Source of the DNA: Thermoplasmata archaeon | Lineage (GTDB): Archaea; Thermoplasmatota; Thermoplasmata; Lutacidiplasmatales; UBA184 | NCBI GenBank assembly: GCA_049285595.1 | Contig: JBAQAF010000039.1 | Location: forward strand, 6,373-70,372 | DNA length: 64,000 nucleotides | Reading direction: 5' to 3' | Shown here: positions 28,441-37,183 of the stretch, one piece after another | Layout of the letters: each line of letters starts with the position of its first letter | Position numbering within the stretch: the stretch's first letter is position 1 | Position numbers and translations under genes: made by a program | Notes under the pieces: model-generated | What the model saw: the letters and a program-made list of their open reading frames with translations, nothing else | Databases searched by the model: none | Told to the model about the DNA's origin: nothing

Positions 28441-28632
28441 CTTCCTCCCGGAGTCCCCGTCGCCCTCAGGGCGAAGCGGACCCGCATGACCGGCGCTCGC
28501 TATTAGAGTTGAATCCCGAGGCGCCCTGAGGGCCGAACGGCCGCGGGGACGGTCCCCTTGCGTCGCTTTCGGGCGACCGGGCGAGGGCAGCGGAAACCGG
28601 GGGCCCTTCGATTACTGTCTCGACGGCGGCGC

Positions 28633-28640
28633 GTTATAAC
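28633..28640 (+). promoter_or_regulatory. Candidate TATA box (GTTATAAC) for the M16 peptidase pair
   Basis: Centred about 26 nt upstream of ATG 28663, consistent with a leaderless or very short-leader mRNA. Confidence 0.35.
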
Positions 28641-28662
28641 CGAGGGACGCTCGGCGACGCCG

Positions 28663-29982
28663 ATGGCGGGCCGCGGAGTGCCTCGGCCGACACATCGCTC
28701 CTTCCGGCTCGGCAACGGTCTTCGGGTCGTCCTCGCCCCGTCGAAGACGAGCCCGGTGGCGAGCGTCTGGGTCTGGTACCGGGTCGGTTCCAAGAACGAG
28801 CACCCCGGGATCACCGGAGCGTCGCACTGGGTCGAGCACATGCTCTTCCAGGGCTCGCCGCACTATGGAAAGGGCGAGATCGACCGGGCCGTCGTGAGCG
28901 TCGGCGGCAATCTGAACGCGTTCACCGACACCGACTTCACGGCCTACTTCACGACCGTGCCGTTCGAGCATCTCGCGATCCCGCTCGACATCGAGGCGGA
29001 CCGAATGACGCGGGCGTTGATCACCGATCGGGAGGTCGAGCGCGAACGCACCGTGATCTATTCGGAACGGGAGGGCAACGAGAACTGGCCGGAGTTCCGG
29101 GTCGAGGAGGAGCTCTACCAGCTGGCGTTCCGGATCCACCCGTACCGATGGGACGCGCTCGGACGGCGCGAGGATATCGAGCGAATGCGGCCCGCGGAAC
29201 TGCGCGACTACTATCAGCGGTTCTACGGTACGCGCAACGCAACGTTGGTGATCGCCGGCCGGTTCGACCCGGTCGCGACCACCGCGGTGGTGCGGCGGCG
29301 CTTCTCCCCCCTGCCTCCGAGCGGTGCTCCGGTCGAAGTGACCGACGCCGAACCCCCCCCGCGCGGAGAGCGACGAGCGGAGCTCTCGGGCCCGGGAACG
29401 ACTCCCTACCTCCAGATGGGCTGGCGCGCCCCAGCATTCGCCGACCCCGACACGCCCGCCACGATGCTCGTCGATTCGCTGCTCGGTGGGGAGACCCGGC
29501 TGTTTGCTGCCGGATCGATCTGGGGCCACGGTTCCGAACATCCGAGCGCCCGACTCTATCGGGCCCTCGTGGATCCGGGCCTCGCCGTGCGCGCGACGAG
29601 CGACTGGCGACCCCGGGCGTACGAAGGACTGTTCACGATCCAGGCTCAAGCCGCCCGCGGGGTCACGCTCGATCGCCTCGAACAGGCGATCGACGGGGTC
29701 ATCGACCGTCTCCGACGCGCCGGTCCGACCGCGAGCGAAATGGACGACCTCCGGACCCGGGTGCGTCGCGGCGTCGGGCTCGCCTACGAGGGCGCTTCCC
29801 GGACCGGGTTCCGCCTCGGCTACTTCTCTGCTCTCGGGCCGGATCGCCTCGAGGACGATCTCTTCCGACGACTGCTGCGAGTCCGCGCCGACGAGATCCG
29901 GACGAGGGCTCGGGCCCTCTTCCTCGACGATTCGAAGGTCGTGGTTCGCTACGAACCGACCTCGGAGGGCGGCGATGAGTGA
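28663..29982 (+). CDS. M16-family zinc peptidase, catalytic subunit
   Basis: The ATG at 28663 gives 439 aa. The inverted zinc motif 'HWVEHMLFQG' (HxxEH) and a downstream 'ERE' region are present. Confidence 0.85.
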   Translation: MAGRGVPRPTHRSFRLGNGLRVVLAPSKTSPVASVWVWYRVGSKNEHPGITGASHWVEHMLFQGSPHYGKGEIDRAVVSVGGNLNAFTDTDFTAYFTTVPFEHLAIPLDIEADRMTRALITDREVERERTVIYSEREGNENWPEFRVEEELYQLAFRIHPYRWDALGRREDIERMRPAELRDYYQRFYGTRNATLVIAGRFDPVATTAVVRRRFSPLPPSGAPVEVTDAEPPPRGERRAELSGPGTTPYLQMGWRAPAFADPDTPATMLVDSLLGGETRLFAAGSIWGHGSEHPSARLYRALVDPGLAVRATSDWRPRAYEGLFTIQAQAARGVTLDRLEQAIDGVIDRLRRAGPTASEMDDLRTRVRRGVGLAYEGASRTGFRLGYFSALGPDRLEDDLFRRLLRVRADEIRTRARALFLDDSKVVVRYEPTSEGGDE

Positions 29983-31258
29983 GCTGACGGACCCGTTGCG
30001 CGTGGAGTACGGCTCGGAGCTCGACGGTCTCCGCGTCGTCCGACACCCACCGCCTCCGGGGGCTGCGAGCTTCTCGGCGACGTATGTCGGGCCGGCGGGA
30101 TGGGGGTTCGACCCCTCCGGTCGCACGGGGACCTCGCGCCTGGTGAACCAACTGATCGTCGCGGCCGCCGGACGGTACGACCGAGTCGCCCTCGCGAGGG
30201 TGCTCGACCGGGCCGGCGCGACGATCGCCCACCAGTCGAGCCCGGAGTCCTCCGAGGTGACGATCTGGGGACCGACGACGGAGTGGCGCCGTCTGATCGG
30301 CGTCCTCTCGGAGGTCGTGCTGCGCCCGCGGTTCGACCCCGCCGACGTGGCCCGAGTCCGACGGCAGATGCTCGAGCACCAGCTCCGGGAGTCCGCGCAG
30401 CCATCGCCGCGCGCGGACCGAGAGATGCTGCGGGCGATCTTCCCGGTCGGTCACCCGTACCGCGAGACCGGGCTGGGGGATCGTCGATCGCTCGCGCGCA
30501 TCACCCGGGCGGATCTCGTCCGATTTCATCGCGAGCATTACACAAGCGGCGACGCTCTGCTGGTCGTCACCGCGTCGGCTCGCCTCGCGGCGGTCGAGCG
30601 GATCGCGCGGGAACGGTTCGGCCGGTTTCCTCAGAGCACGCCGCCTCGACTGTCGGTTCCGACGGTTCCCCGGCCGGCAGCCTCCCCCACCTTGATCGAT
30701 CTTCCCGGTCGCGCTCAGGTCGACATCCGGATCGGTGGAGCCTCCCTCCCCCGGACCGATCCGGCGTTCCCTGCGGCGTTCCTCGCGAACGAACTCCTCG
30801 GAGGACGCCCTCTCTTGAGCCGACTATTCCAGCGGGTTCGAGAGCGGGGGGGACTCGCCTACCACGCGTCGAGCTCGCTCGAGGCGATGCGCTACGGAGG
30901 GTTCTGGGTGGCGCAGGCCGGTACCGGGGCCGACCGCTGGAAGAAGGTCGTGCCGATGCTGACCGACGAGGTCGCCCGACTCGACCGGTCGACGGTCTCC
31001 TTGAAGGAACTTCGAGTCATCCGCGAGAGCGCGATTGGAGAGATCCCGCTCGCCGTCGAATCTACGGCCGAAGCCCACGAGCTCGCCGTCGATCTCGCCT
31101 ACCACCGGCTTCCGGCGGACTACTGGGTCCGGTGGCCGCGACTTCTCCGAGCGATCCGCCCCGGGGAGATCCGCGCGGCCGCCCAGACCGCGCTCGACGG
31201 CCGTCGCGCCGTCACGGTCGTCGTGGGTCCGGTCGACTCCGCGCCAGCGGCCCCGTAG
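29975..31258 (+). CDS. M16-family peptidase-like protein, non-catalytic (no HxxEH)
   Basis: The ATG at 29975 (8-nt overlap with the previous gene) gives 427 aa. It shows the M16 fold pattern but no HxxEH. Confidence 0.75.
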   Translation: MSELTDPLRVEYGSELDGLRVVRHPPPPGAASFSATYVGPAGWGFDPSGRTGTSRLVNQLIVAAAGRYDRVALARVLDRAGATIAHQSSPESSEVTIWGPTTEWRRLIGVLSEVVLRPRFDPADVARVRRQMLEHQLRESAQPSPRADREMLRAIFPVGHPYRETGLGDRRSLARITRADLVRFHREHYTSGDALLVVTASARLAAVERIARERFGRFPQSTPPRLSVPTVPRPAASPTLIDLPGRAQVDIRIGGASLPRTDPAFPAAFLANELLGGRPLLSRLFQRVRERGGLAYHASSSLEAMRYGGFWVAQAGTGADRWKKVVPMLTDEVARLDRSTVSLKELRVIRESAIGEIPLAVESTAEAHELAVDLAYHRLPADYWVRWPRLLRAIRPGEIRAAAQTALDGRRAVTVVVGPVDSAPAAP

Positions 31259-31297
31259 CACCGCCGACGGGGCGAATTCCCCTGCGCACCCATACGT

Positions 31298-31305
31298 ACA
31301 TATAC
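31298..31305 (+). promoter_or_regulatory. Candidate TATA box (ACATATAC) for the small RHH gene
   Basis: Centred about 25 nt upstream of ATG 31327. Confidence 0.3.
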
Positions 31306-31326
31306 GCCTCCGCGGTTCCGGGACCT

Positions 31327-31584
31327 ATGCCGAATCGCCTCCGATCGGATTTCGCCTCTCCGGCGATGCTGCGGAAGAACATCACCATCACTCCCGAGGA
31401 GGAAGAGTTCCTCGAGCGGCATCCCGAGATCAATCAGAGTGCCCTGTTCCGGCAGATCGTAGAGAGCCTGATGCTCGCGGAGCGCAGCCCCGGGGTCGCC
31501 TCGACGCAACCGATCCGCCTCGGGAAGGCGGTCTACCGGTCGGGCGCCATCATGTTCCAGAAGTCGAATAGTCGCCGGGAGTAA
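31327..31584 (+). CDS. Ribbon-helix-helix (CopG/Arc-like) small DNA-binding protein
   Basis: 85 aa from the C-terminal part of track ORF 30100..31584. 'KNITITPEEEEFLERHPEINQSALFRQIVESLM' fits a beta-strand/helix/helix RHH pattern. The 3' end overlaps dtdA convergently by 35 nt. Confidence 0.5.
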   Translation: MPNRLRSDFASPAMLRKNITITPEEEEFLERHPEINQSALFRQIVESLMLAERSPGVASTQPIRLGKAVYRSGAIMFQKSNSRRE

Positions 31585-32410
31585 CCGGAGCGTTGGACCG
31601 CTCCCTCGTGGGGGCGGCCGACTCCCGCGCCCGGGGAGCCAGACCTTGGAGGAGCGGGTGGTCGGCGTCGGCCGCTCGGGCGTAGACGATCCCGACGGCC
31701 TCGGGAGTCGCGCGGTAGAGCGATTCCGCAGTCGGTCGGTCGAGATCGGCGAGCGCATGTCGTGAGACGATGTGCCCGAACGCCCAGCGGCGGCGTAGGG
31801 CGAGGTCCGTGAAATGCGGAGCGTAATGTCCGCCCCCGACGGCGAGCGCGACGATGTCCGCCGGGTCGGGTTCGATCGTCGGGATCACGTCCGCAAGTAG
31901 GCGCACCGCCTCGGGGGGAGGTTCAGAGTCCGTCCCGTAGCCGATCTCGACGAAGAAGGACGGGAGCCCGAGCTCCGGCCCGTGATGCGTCGCCTCGAAC
32001 GTTGCCCCGAGGCCCAGCGGACGCCCCCCCTCGGATAGCAATCGAAGAGCGGATGCCATCCTCCGTGGGTCCGTCGGCACGACGGCCCGAGCCCGCCCTC
32101 CCACCTCCGACGAACTGCCAAGGTTCCCGAGCGGGTGCACGGTCAGGCATCGGACGTTCTGTTCTCCCCGGTGGATCGATGGGAAGACGAGCGTCGTTCC
32201 CGCATCCCGAACGTTGGACGGGAGCTTCCGGTCGAGATGTTCGTCGTGGATGTGCAACCCAGGTCGGCGGAGCATCGTCACCCCCGGGGCCAGCTGTCGG
32301 AGGGCGGTTCCGTCGACGAATTCCCCCGCGCTGGGAGGGGTTCCCCACCGCCCGACGACCCTTGACGCCACCGGGTCCGCTTCCGAGACTACGATGAGCG
32401 TGGGTGCCAT
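31550..32410 (-). CDS. dtdA: D-aminoacyl-tRNA deacylase, archaeal type (DtdA/DTD2)
   Basis: 286 aa with 'LVFPSIHRGEQN', 'TVHPLGN', 'EATHHGPEL' and 'FFVEIG'. Confidence 0.85.
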   Translation of the reverse strand: MAPTLIVVSEADPVASRVVGRWGTPPSAGEFVDGTALRQLAPGVTMLRRPGLHIHDEHLDRKLPSNVRDAGTTLVFPSIHRGEQNVRCLTVHPLGNLGSSSEVGGRARAVVPTDPRRMASALRLLSEGGRPLGLGATFEATHHGPELGLPSFFVEIGYGTDSEPPPEAVRLLADVIPTIEPDPADIVALAVGGGHYAPHFTDLALRRRWAFGHIVSRHALADLDRPTAESLYRATPEAVGIVYARAADADHPLLQGLAPRARESAAPTRERSNAPVTPGDYSTSGT

Positions 32411-32554
32411 ACGGCGGGAGAGGCTTGCCAGCCAGAAGAGCGTCGCTTACCTTCAGGTCATCCCCACGCGCGGCCTCGTGGTTCGAGTGGCCGTGGCGGA
32501 GTGCCGTGGAGGGGATCGGGCGGGATCGAGCCCTTCCCGACAGGGAGAGGGGGT

Positions 32555-34387
32555 TCAGGGGCCGTTCGGGCGTCGACGGGTAAGCGCGACAGCGATGAGG
32601 GCGGCGACGACGACGAGCACCACCACGAGGATGAGGACTCCTCCGTACGGCCCAAGAGCGCCCGAGAGGTCGGACCAGAAGGAGCTCTGGGTCGAAGTGA
32701 AGGAGATGGTGACGAGCACTTCCATGGTGCTGATGGAGGCGTTTCCGGTCGGAGACGTCGCTCGGAACCCTGAGGGGTTGCCGACAGAATACCCGTACGT
32801 TCCGGCCGCCTCTCCGAAGGTGATGTTTCCTGTTCCATCGAGACGTTGGCCGCCGACGGTGACCGACCAGACGGTGCTCGCGGGGAGTCCGGACGGTACG
32901 AATACGAGGGGTTCGGCGCCCACTTCGAGGGTCAGGACCTCCCCGGGGAAGAGGTCGGGGGTCCCGAGAGGGTAGACCGATGCGCCCTGCTGCACGGCGA
33001 GCGCTACCGATCCCACGTTGACGAGCGTCTCCACAAAGTCGCCGCTGAACGCCAGCAGAGAACCGTTGATCGACAGTTCTCCCCCGGAGGTCCCCGTGAC
33101 CACACTGACCTCGACCGTCGAGAGCGCGATCTGGGCCCACAGGGTCTTGAACGATCCGGCTCCGCCGTACGTGATCATCGCGACCGGCTCCCGAGCGACG
33201 GTCGACCGGGCCTGGACGATCGCCTGGGAGATCCCTTCCTCGGTCGCTTCCCCGTGGTCCGCCGCATCCGGGACAGGTTCGAAGTTGAAGCCGTTCCACC
33301 ACTCGAGCGTCAGATTGAGGTCGGTCGCTCCGTCCAGCGCGGTTTGAGAGCCGTTACCCGGACCCCCGAGAACGAGCTCGACGTCCCCAAAGCATCGATC
33401 GCAGCTCGGGGAAAACCCGAGCCCCGGATCGACGTCGAACCCTTGGAATACGCTGAGGGAGGTAGCGTACGGAAACGTCACCGTATCGAACGGCTGGGGA
33501 GTCCCACCGTTGGCAAAGAGGAAACGGATGGTGGGAACGCCTCCCGCCCCCAGGGACGCGGTCAGCTCAAGCTCGACTCTCTGAGGGTTCGGCAGGCTCG
33601 TGCACGCTCCGAGAAGCGTGCACGGCGCTCCATCCCCATAGTAGGCGGAAGACCCGGTTCCGGAAGCGGACCCGTTCCCGTGGATCCCGGTCGCCGTAAG
33701 ATTATCGGACGACACGTTCCAGACGTTATCCTCGAACGCGACCGTCCTGGTCGAGGTGCTCAGGATCGCCACGTCCTGAGCCCAGTAGGCGTAGCGGTTG
33801 GAACCGAAGTCGAAGACCAGGAAGGCGTTCAACTGGATGCTGACCGAAAAGGGGTCCCCTAGGGAGTGGTTGTAAGCCGCGATATCCCCGAACTCGACCG
33901 TGCCGCGGAACGTTGTAGTACTGAAATCCGCAGGTTGGCCGCCCGAAGGGCCGCCCAAGTCCCCGATGCCCATGGGAGCCGGTTCCGCCCCAGAGGACGC
34001 CGAGTCGGGGGCGCGGAAGGCCGGGCCGTCACTCCATCGATCGTCGAGCGGTGGGGGGGCGGCCCGCGCGGGAGCATTCGATTCAGTCGGGCCGCCGGCT
34101 GCTGCGGAACCAGTCGAACCTCCCGAGAGAGCATGAGTAAGATCGCCCGGGCTCGCCCTTGCCCCTTCCGCTCTAGCATCGCCCCAGCCGACAATCGAGA
34201 GGCTGGGCAGAAGTAGGAGCCCCGCGACGAGTATGGCGCTGCGAAATTGGACACGGGTCAGAGGTCGGATACTTCGCTCCCGAGCGCTTCTATCGCGGGC
34301 GGGGCTTCGGAGAGTGTTCCCAGCAATCCTCGAAACCCGTGGAGACGGATAACTCGCGGATTCCGAGCCGCACGGAGAAAGGGTCAC
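32555..34387 (-). CDS. Thermopsin-like (peptidase A5-like) surface protein with a C-terminal TM anchor
   Basis: 610 aa with a signal-like 'ILVAGLLLLPSLSIVG'. 'SIQLNAFLVF...YWAQDVAIL...FEDNVWNVSS' resembles the thermopsin core. The C-terminal part has a beta-sandwich module ('SGLPASTVWSVTVGG...GTYGYSV') and the TM 'VLILVVVLVVVAALIAVAL'. GTG start. Confidence 0.6.
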   Translation of the reverse strand: MTLSPCGSESASYPSPRVSRIAGNTLRSPARDRSARERSIRPLTRVQFRSAILVAGLLLLPSLSIVGWGDARAEGARASPGDLTHALSGGSTGSAAAGGPTESNAPARAAPPPLDDRWSDGPAFRAPDSASSGAEPAPMGIGDLGGPSGGQPADFSTTTFRGTVEFGDIAAYNHSLGDPFSVSIQLNAFLVFDFGSNRYAYWAQDVAILSTSTRTVAFEDNVWNVSSDNLTATGIHGNGSASGTGSSAYYGDGAPCTLLGACTSLPNPQRVELELTASLGAGGVPTIRFLFANGGTPQPFDTVTFPYATSLSVFQGFDVDPGLGFSPSCDRCFGDVELVLGGPGNGSQTALDGATDLNLTLEWWNGFNFEPVPDAADHGEATEEGISQAIVQARSTVAREPVAMITYGGAGSFKTLWAQIALSTVEVSVVTGTSGGELSINGSLLAFSGDFVETLVNVGSVALAVQQGASVYPLGTPDLFPGEVLTLEVGAEPLVFVPSGLPASTVWSVTVGGQRLDGTGNITFGEAAGTYGYSVGNPSGFRATSPTGNASISTMEVLVTISFTSTQSSFWSDLSGALGPYGGVLILVVVLVVVAALIAVALTRRRPNGP

Positions 34388-34626
34388 TGGGTAGTAGAAT
34401 CCTCCACGTTCTATCTAAGGCCGGCGGCGAGGTCGGAACTGGAGACCCCCGCGAACCTGGCGCCGCGGCAAGAATCGAGCGTTCCCGAGACGGATAACAC
34501 TCTCGTTGGCCATTCAAGAGGGGCGCCGGGACCCTCTTCGTCTGGGAACCGACTGCGTAACGGGCTCTCGGCGGAGAAACAGAGTCAACGTCATATACTA
34601 TGGCCCGGAAAGCGCTTCTAAAATCC

Positions 34627-34634
34627 TTTAATAT
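34627..34634 (+). promoter_or_regulatory. Candidate TATA box (TTTAATAT)
   Basis: Lies about 35 nt upstream of ATG 34666. It is internal to the longer track ORF starting at 34600, which argues for the 34666 start. Confidence 0.35.
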
Positions 34635-34665
34635 CGACGCGCATTGGTCCGCGCTAGGTGGGCTC

Positions 34666-35805
34666 ATGCGTCGAGAGGGTCACCGATATCGGGGAGTTAG
34701 GCGATCGGGTCGCGGAGCAGGGTGGGGACACCGGGCTGTCTACGTCGCTTCGGCTATTGCCGCAGCGTCGTTGGTTGCCGGGTTCGGCCTCGCGGGGTAC
34801 TGGTTTGGTACGTTTTCACACACGTACAGCCAGATCACCACGACGGGGTTCGAGAGCGCGCCTTATGGCGTGGTCTTCCTTAGCGCGGGCGCGACCTACG
34901 CGGCGTTTGTGGGATTCAATTACACAAACGTCACGTGGAATTCAACGACCGGCCCGTGTTCTGCACTGCCGGCCAATGGGACGAACGAACTGAACCAGTC
35001 GGGTCCGGCAGGGGCGTTCAACCTCTCCGCGTCCAACCTGACGACGAGCAGCAACGCTACGCTGACGTTCGTCTGCTTGAACGCTGTTGACGGCGGGAAC
35101 ATCAGCTACCTCTGGCAGAACTACTCGGGTCACGACCCGCTCAACCAGAGCGGCTGGGACAACCTATCGGGCGCTGCAAACGGATCGCAGCCTGCGCCGA
35201 CGTTCAACCTCGGACTGAACATGACGGGGGAGAACTCGACCGGCTCGGTCAACATCACGGGCTGCAACCCGTCTGTTGATGGCAGCAACCTGACCGGTGC
35301 CGCCGAGTTGGCGAACTGTCCGTTCTTCGCGGGCAACAACCAGACCACGTACGTACCGCACAATGGGTTCTACGCCTCCAACGGCACGTGGATCAACGAG
35401 AACGCGACCTGGTGGCACCCACTGCAGACGGGCTACCTCGACTCCGACTCCGTCTTCTACGCGACGATCGAGTTCGTCGACACGATCCCGAACGTCACGT
35501 ATGAGTCCGTGGTCGACTTCGCGGGCGCCACGCCGGTCCCGCAGGTGTTCTTCCTGAACACCGGCGCCGGAGGCAACAACGAGACGGTCACCTTCGTCTT
35601 CGACATGACCGCCGCGTGGTTCACGGCACTGCCCGGCAATGAAATGGGCTACGGCGACGGCAACGTCACGAACGAGACCGGCGGCTTCCACTCGAACATC
35701 TTCGCGGCGATCGACACCTTCTCGATCACCGTGTCGCAGTGTTACATCGACGGAAGCGGCATGGTAGCGTGCCCCGACACACTCGGTGGCACGGGATTCC
35801 CGTAA
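34666..35805 (+). CDS. Sequon-dense secreted or membrane-anchored protein (candidate N-glycosylated cell-surface protein)
   Basis: 379 aa from ATG 34666 (alternative start 34600). It has one N-terminal TM ('VYVASAIAAASLVAGFGLAGYWF') and 24 N-x-S/T sequons counted by eye. It is Asn/Thr/Gly-rich, and local GC is lower than in the flanks. Confidence 0.6.
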   Translation: MRREGHRYRGVRRSGRGAGWGHRAVYVASAIAAASLVAGFGLAGYWFGTFSHTYSQITTTGFESAPYGVVFLSAGATYAAFVGFNYTNVTWNSTTGPCSALPANGTNELNQSGPAGAFNLSASNLTTSSNATLTFVCLNAVDGGNISYLWQNYSGHDPLNQSGWDNLSGAANGSQPAPTFNLGLNMTGENSTGSVNITGCNPSVDGSNLTGAAELANCPFFAGNNQTTYVPHNGFYASNGTWINENATWWHPLQTGYLDSDSVFYATIEFVDTIPNVTYESVVDFAGATPVPQVFFLNTGAGGNNETVTFVFDMTAAWFTALPGNEMGYGDGNVTNETGGFHSNIFAAIDTFSITVSQCYIDGSGMVACPDTLGGTGFP

Positions 35806-35830
35806 TCGGTTCGTGAGTCACACGAACTGT

Positions 35831-35883
35831 GGCCGGGGAGGGAAACCTCCCCGGCCAACCCTTTCCTTTCTTCTTCTTTTCTC
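35831..35883 (+). terminator. Hairpin plus pyrimidine/T-rich tract
   Basis: A perfect 11-bp stem, ggccggggagg (35831-35841) with cctccccggcc (35846-35856), closes the loop GAAA. It is followed by ctttcctttcttcttcttttctc. Confidence 0.5.
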
Positions 35884-36073
35884 AAATTAAGCGAGACTGC
35901 GTCGGGAGACACGGGAAGCCCTCGCCGGCTACAGGTTGTCGGCGACTCTAGGGCGGCGTTGAACGGTAGTCGCCGTCTCCCGAGACGCCCAACCCAAGGT
36001 CCACGAGCGGGCCAAAGAGCGGTTTCAGGGAACGGTGGGTGTCGCGCCCGATCGGCGCGTATAGAGAGCGACG

Positions 36074-36451
36074 TCAGGCGCGAGGGGGCGCACCGTAGGC
36101 GGGGGCACGGGTCGCGGAGGTGGAACTGCGGTGCTCGTCGACCGGCTCCCCTCCCTCCGCTTCCTCGGTCTCGTGGCGCTCCTGAGCGCACTCCTCTTCC
36201 GTCACCCAGTCGAATTCGACGTCTTCCGCGTGATCGTGGGAGATGAAGGCACCCGCTTCGAAAGCGGTCGAGATGATCTCCTCCATCTTCTCCGCCTCAT
36301 GGGTGCCGAACGACCCGACGAGCCGCCAGTACCAGTCCGGGGCCTTTCCCGCGGCCTGGAGGAACTCGGTAACGAGATCGTAGTAGGTCGTGTGCTGGTC
36401 GGTCAGATGGACGTGGAGATGGCGATCTCCTTGCGGTCCGGCCGGCGTCAC
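36074..36451 (-). CDS. Hypothetical acidic protein
   Basis: 125 aa with a GTG start and non-artefactual composition (D/E/H/W/Y/F present). No motif was recognised. Confidence 0.4.
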   Translation of the reverse strand: MTPAGPQGDRHLHVHLTDQHTTYYDLVTEFLQAAGKAPDWYWRLVGSFGTHEAEKMEEIISTAFEAGAFISHDHAEDVEFDWVTEEECAQERHETEEAEGGEPVDEHRSSTSATRAPAYGAPPRA

Positions 36452-36540
36452 GACCGTCCATGTCGGTGCCTGATATAATCCTCTCGGGTTGAATAACCCC
36501 GGACCGGCGGCGCGAGGCGCCGCGAACTCGGATCAGATCT

Positions 36541-36861
36541 TCAGTCGAACGCGGGATCGTCGGGGACAAGCTCCCGATAGTACCCGCCTTGGGGATCGTG
36601 GACGACGTCCGGTTCCCGGTAGCAGAGGATGCGCCAGGTGACGTAATCCTTCGGGCAGCGCGTGAACAGCATCCCGAGGATCGCGCCGACCAGCATGACG
36701 ACCCCGAGAAGGAGGAACAGATTGGAAAGGGGCACGATGCCGATGTGCGGGGCCGATGGGGAGAACCCGACCACGAGGAAGATGATCCCGAGCACGATCA
36801 TCGGCAGGTAGTGGAGGAAGATGTGGGTCGCTCGACCCGGGGCCGAAGTGGTCACCATCAT
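36541..36861 (-). CDS. Small membrane protein (2 TM)
   Basis: 106 aa with two hydrophobic segments, 'LPMIVLGIIFLVVGF' and 'LFLLLGVVMLVGAILGMLF'. Confidence 0.45.
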   Translation of the reverse strand: MMVTTSAPGRATHIFLHYLPMIVLGIIFLVVGFSPSAPHIGIVPLSNLFLLLGVVMLVGAILGMLFTRCPKDYVTWRILCYREPDVVHDPQGGYYRELVPDDPAFD

Positions 36862-37099
36862 GGACTACCCGACCCTCCCCACGACCCGGGAAGGGCGTCG
36901 GGGTTCATCCGCCTTTGCCCCGGTGGGGCTGCGACCGGCGACGGATCGCGCGGGGGCCGCCGCCGACCTTGCCTGTGATGAGTCTCTAGTCCCCTCGCAC
37001 CCGGGAATCGCCAGCCCGCCCACGGGAAACGTCCGGCAGCACTGCGGCGCCCACTTCCTGCCCGGGGACGGCCGGAGTGCCAGCGGCCGAAAAATGGCG

Positions 37100-37140
37100 T
37101 TATAATTACTATATAGCCTCAGACCCATCCCCGATATAGA
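37100..37140 (+). promoter_or_regulatory. AT-rich promoter region upstream of oppB
   Basis: 'ttataattactatatag' (37100-37116) and 'gatataga' (37133-37140) lie 45-85 nt upstream of ATG 37184. This is the most AT-rich stretch in the window. Confidence 0.4.
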
Positions 37141-37183
37141 GGCGGCACCGAGAGGTGCGGCTTCTACCGGGGGACAACGGGCC

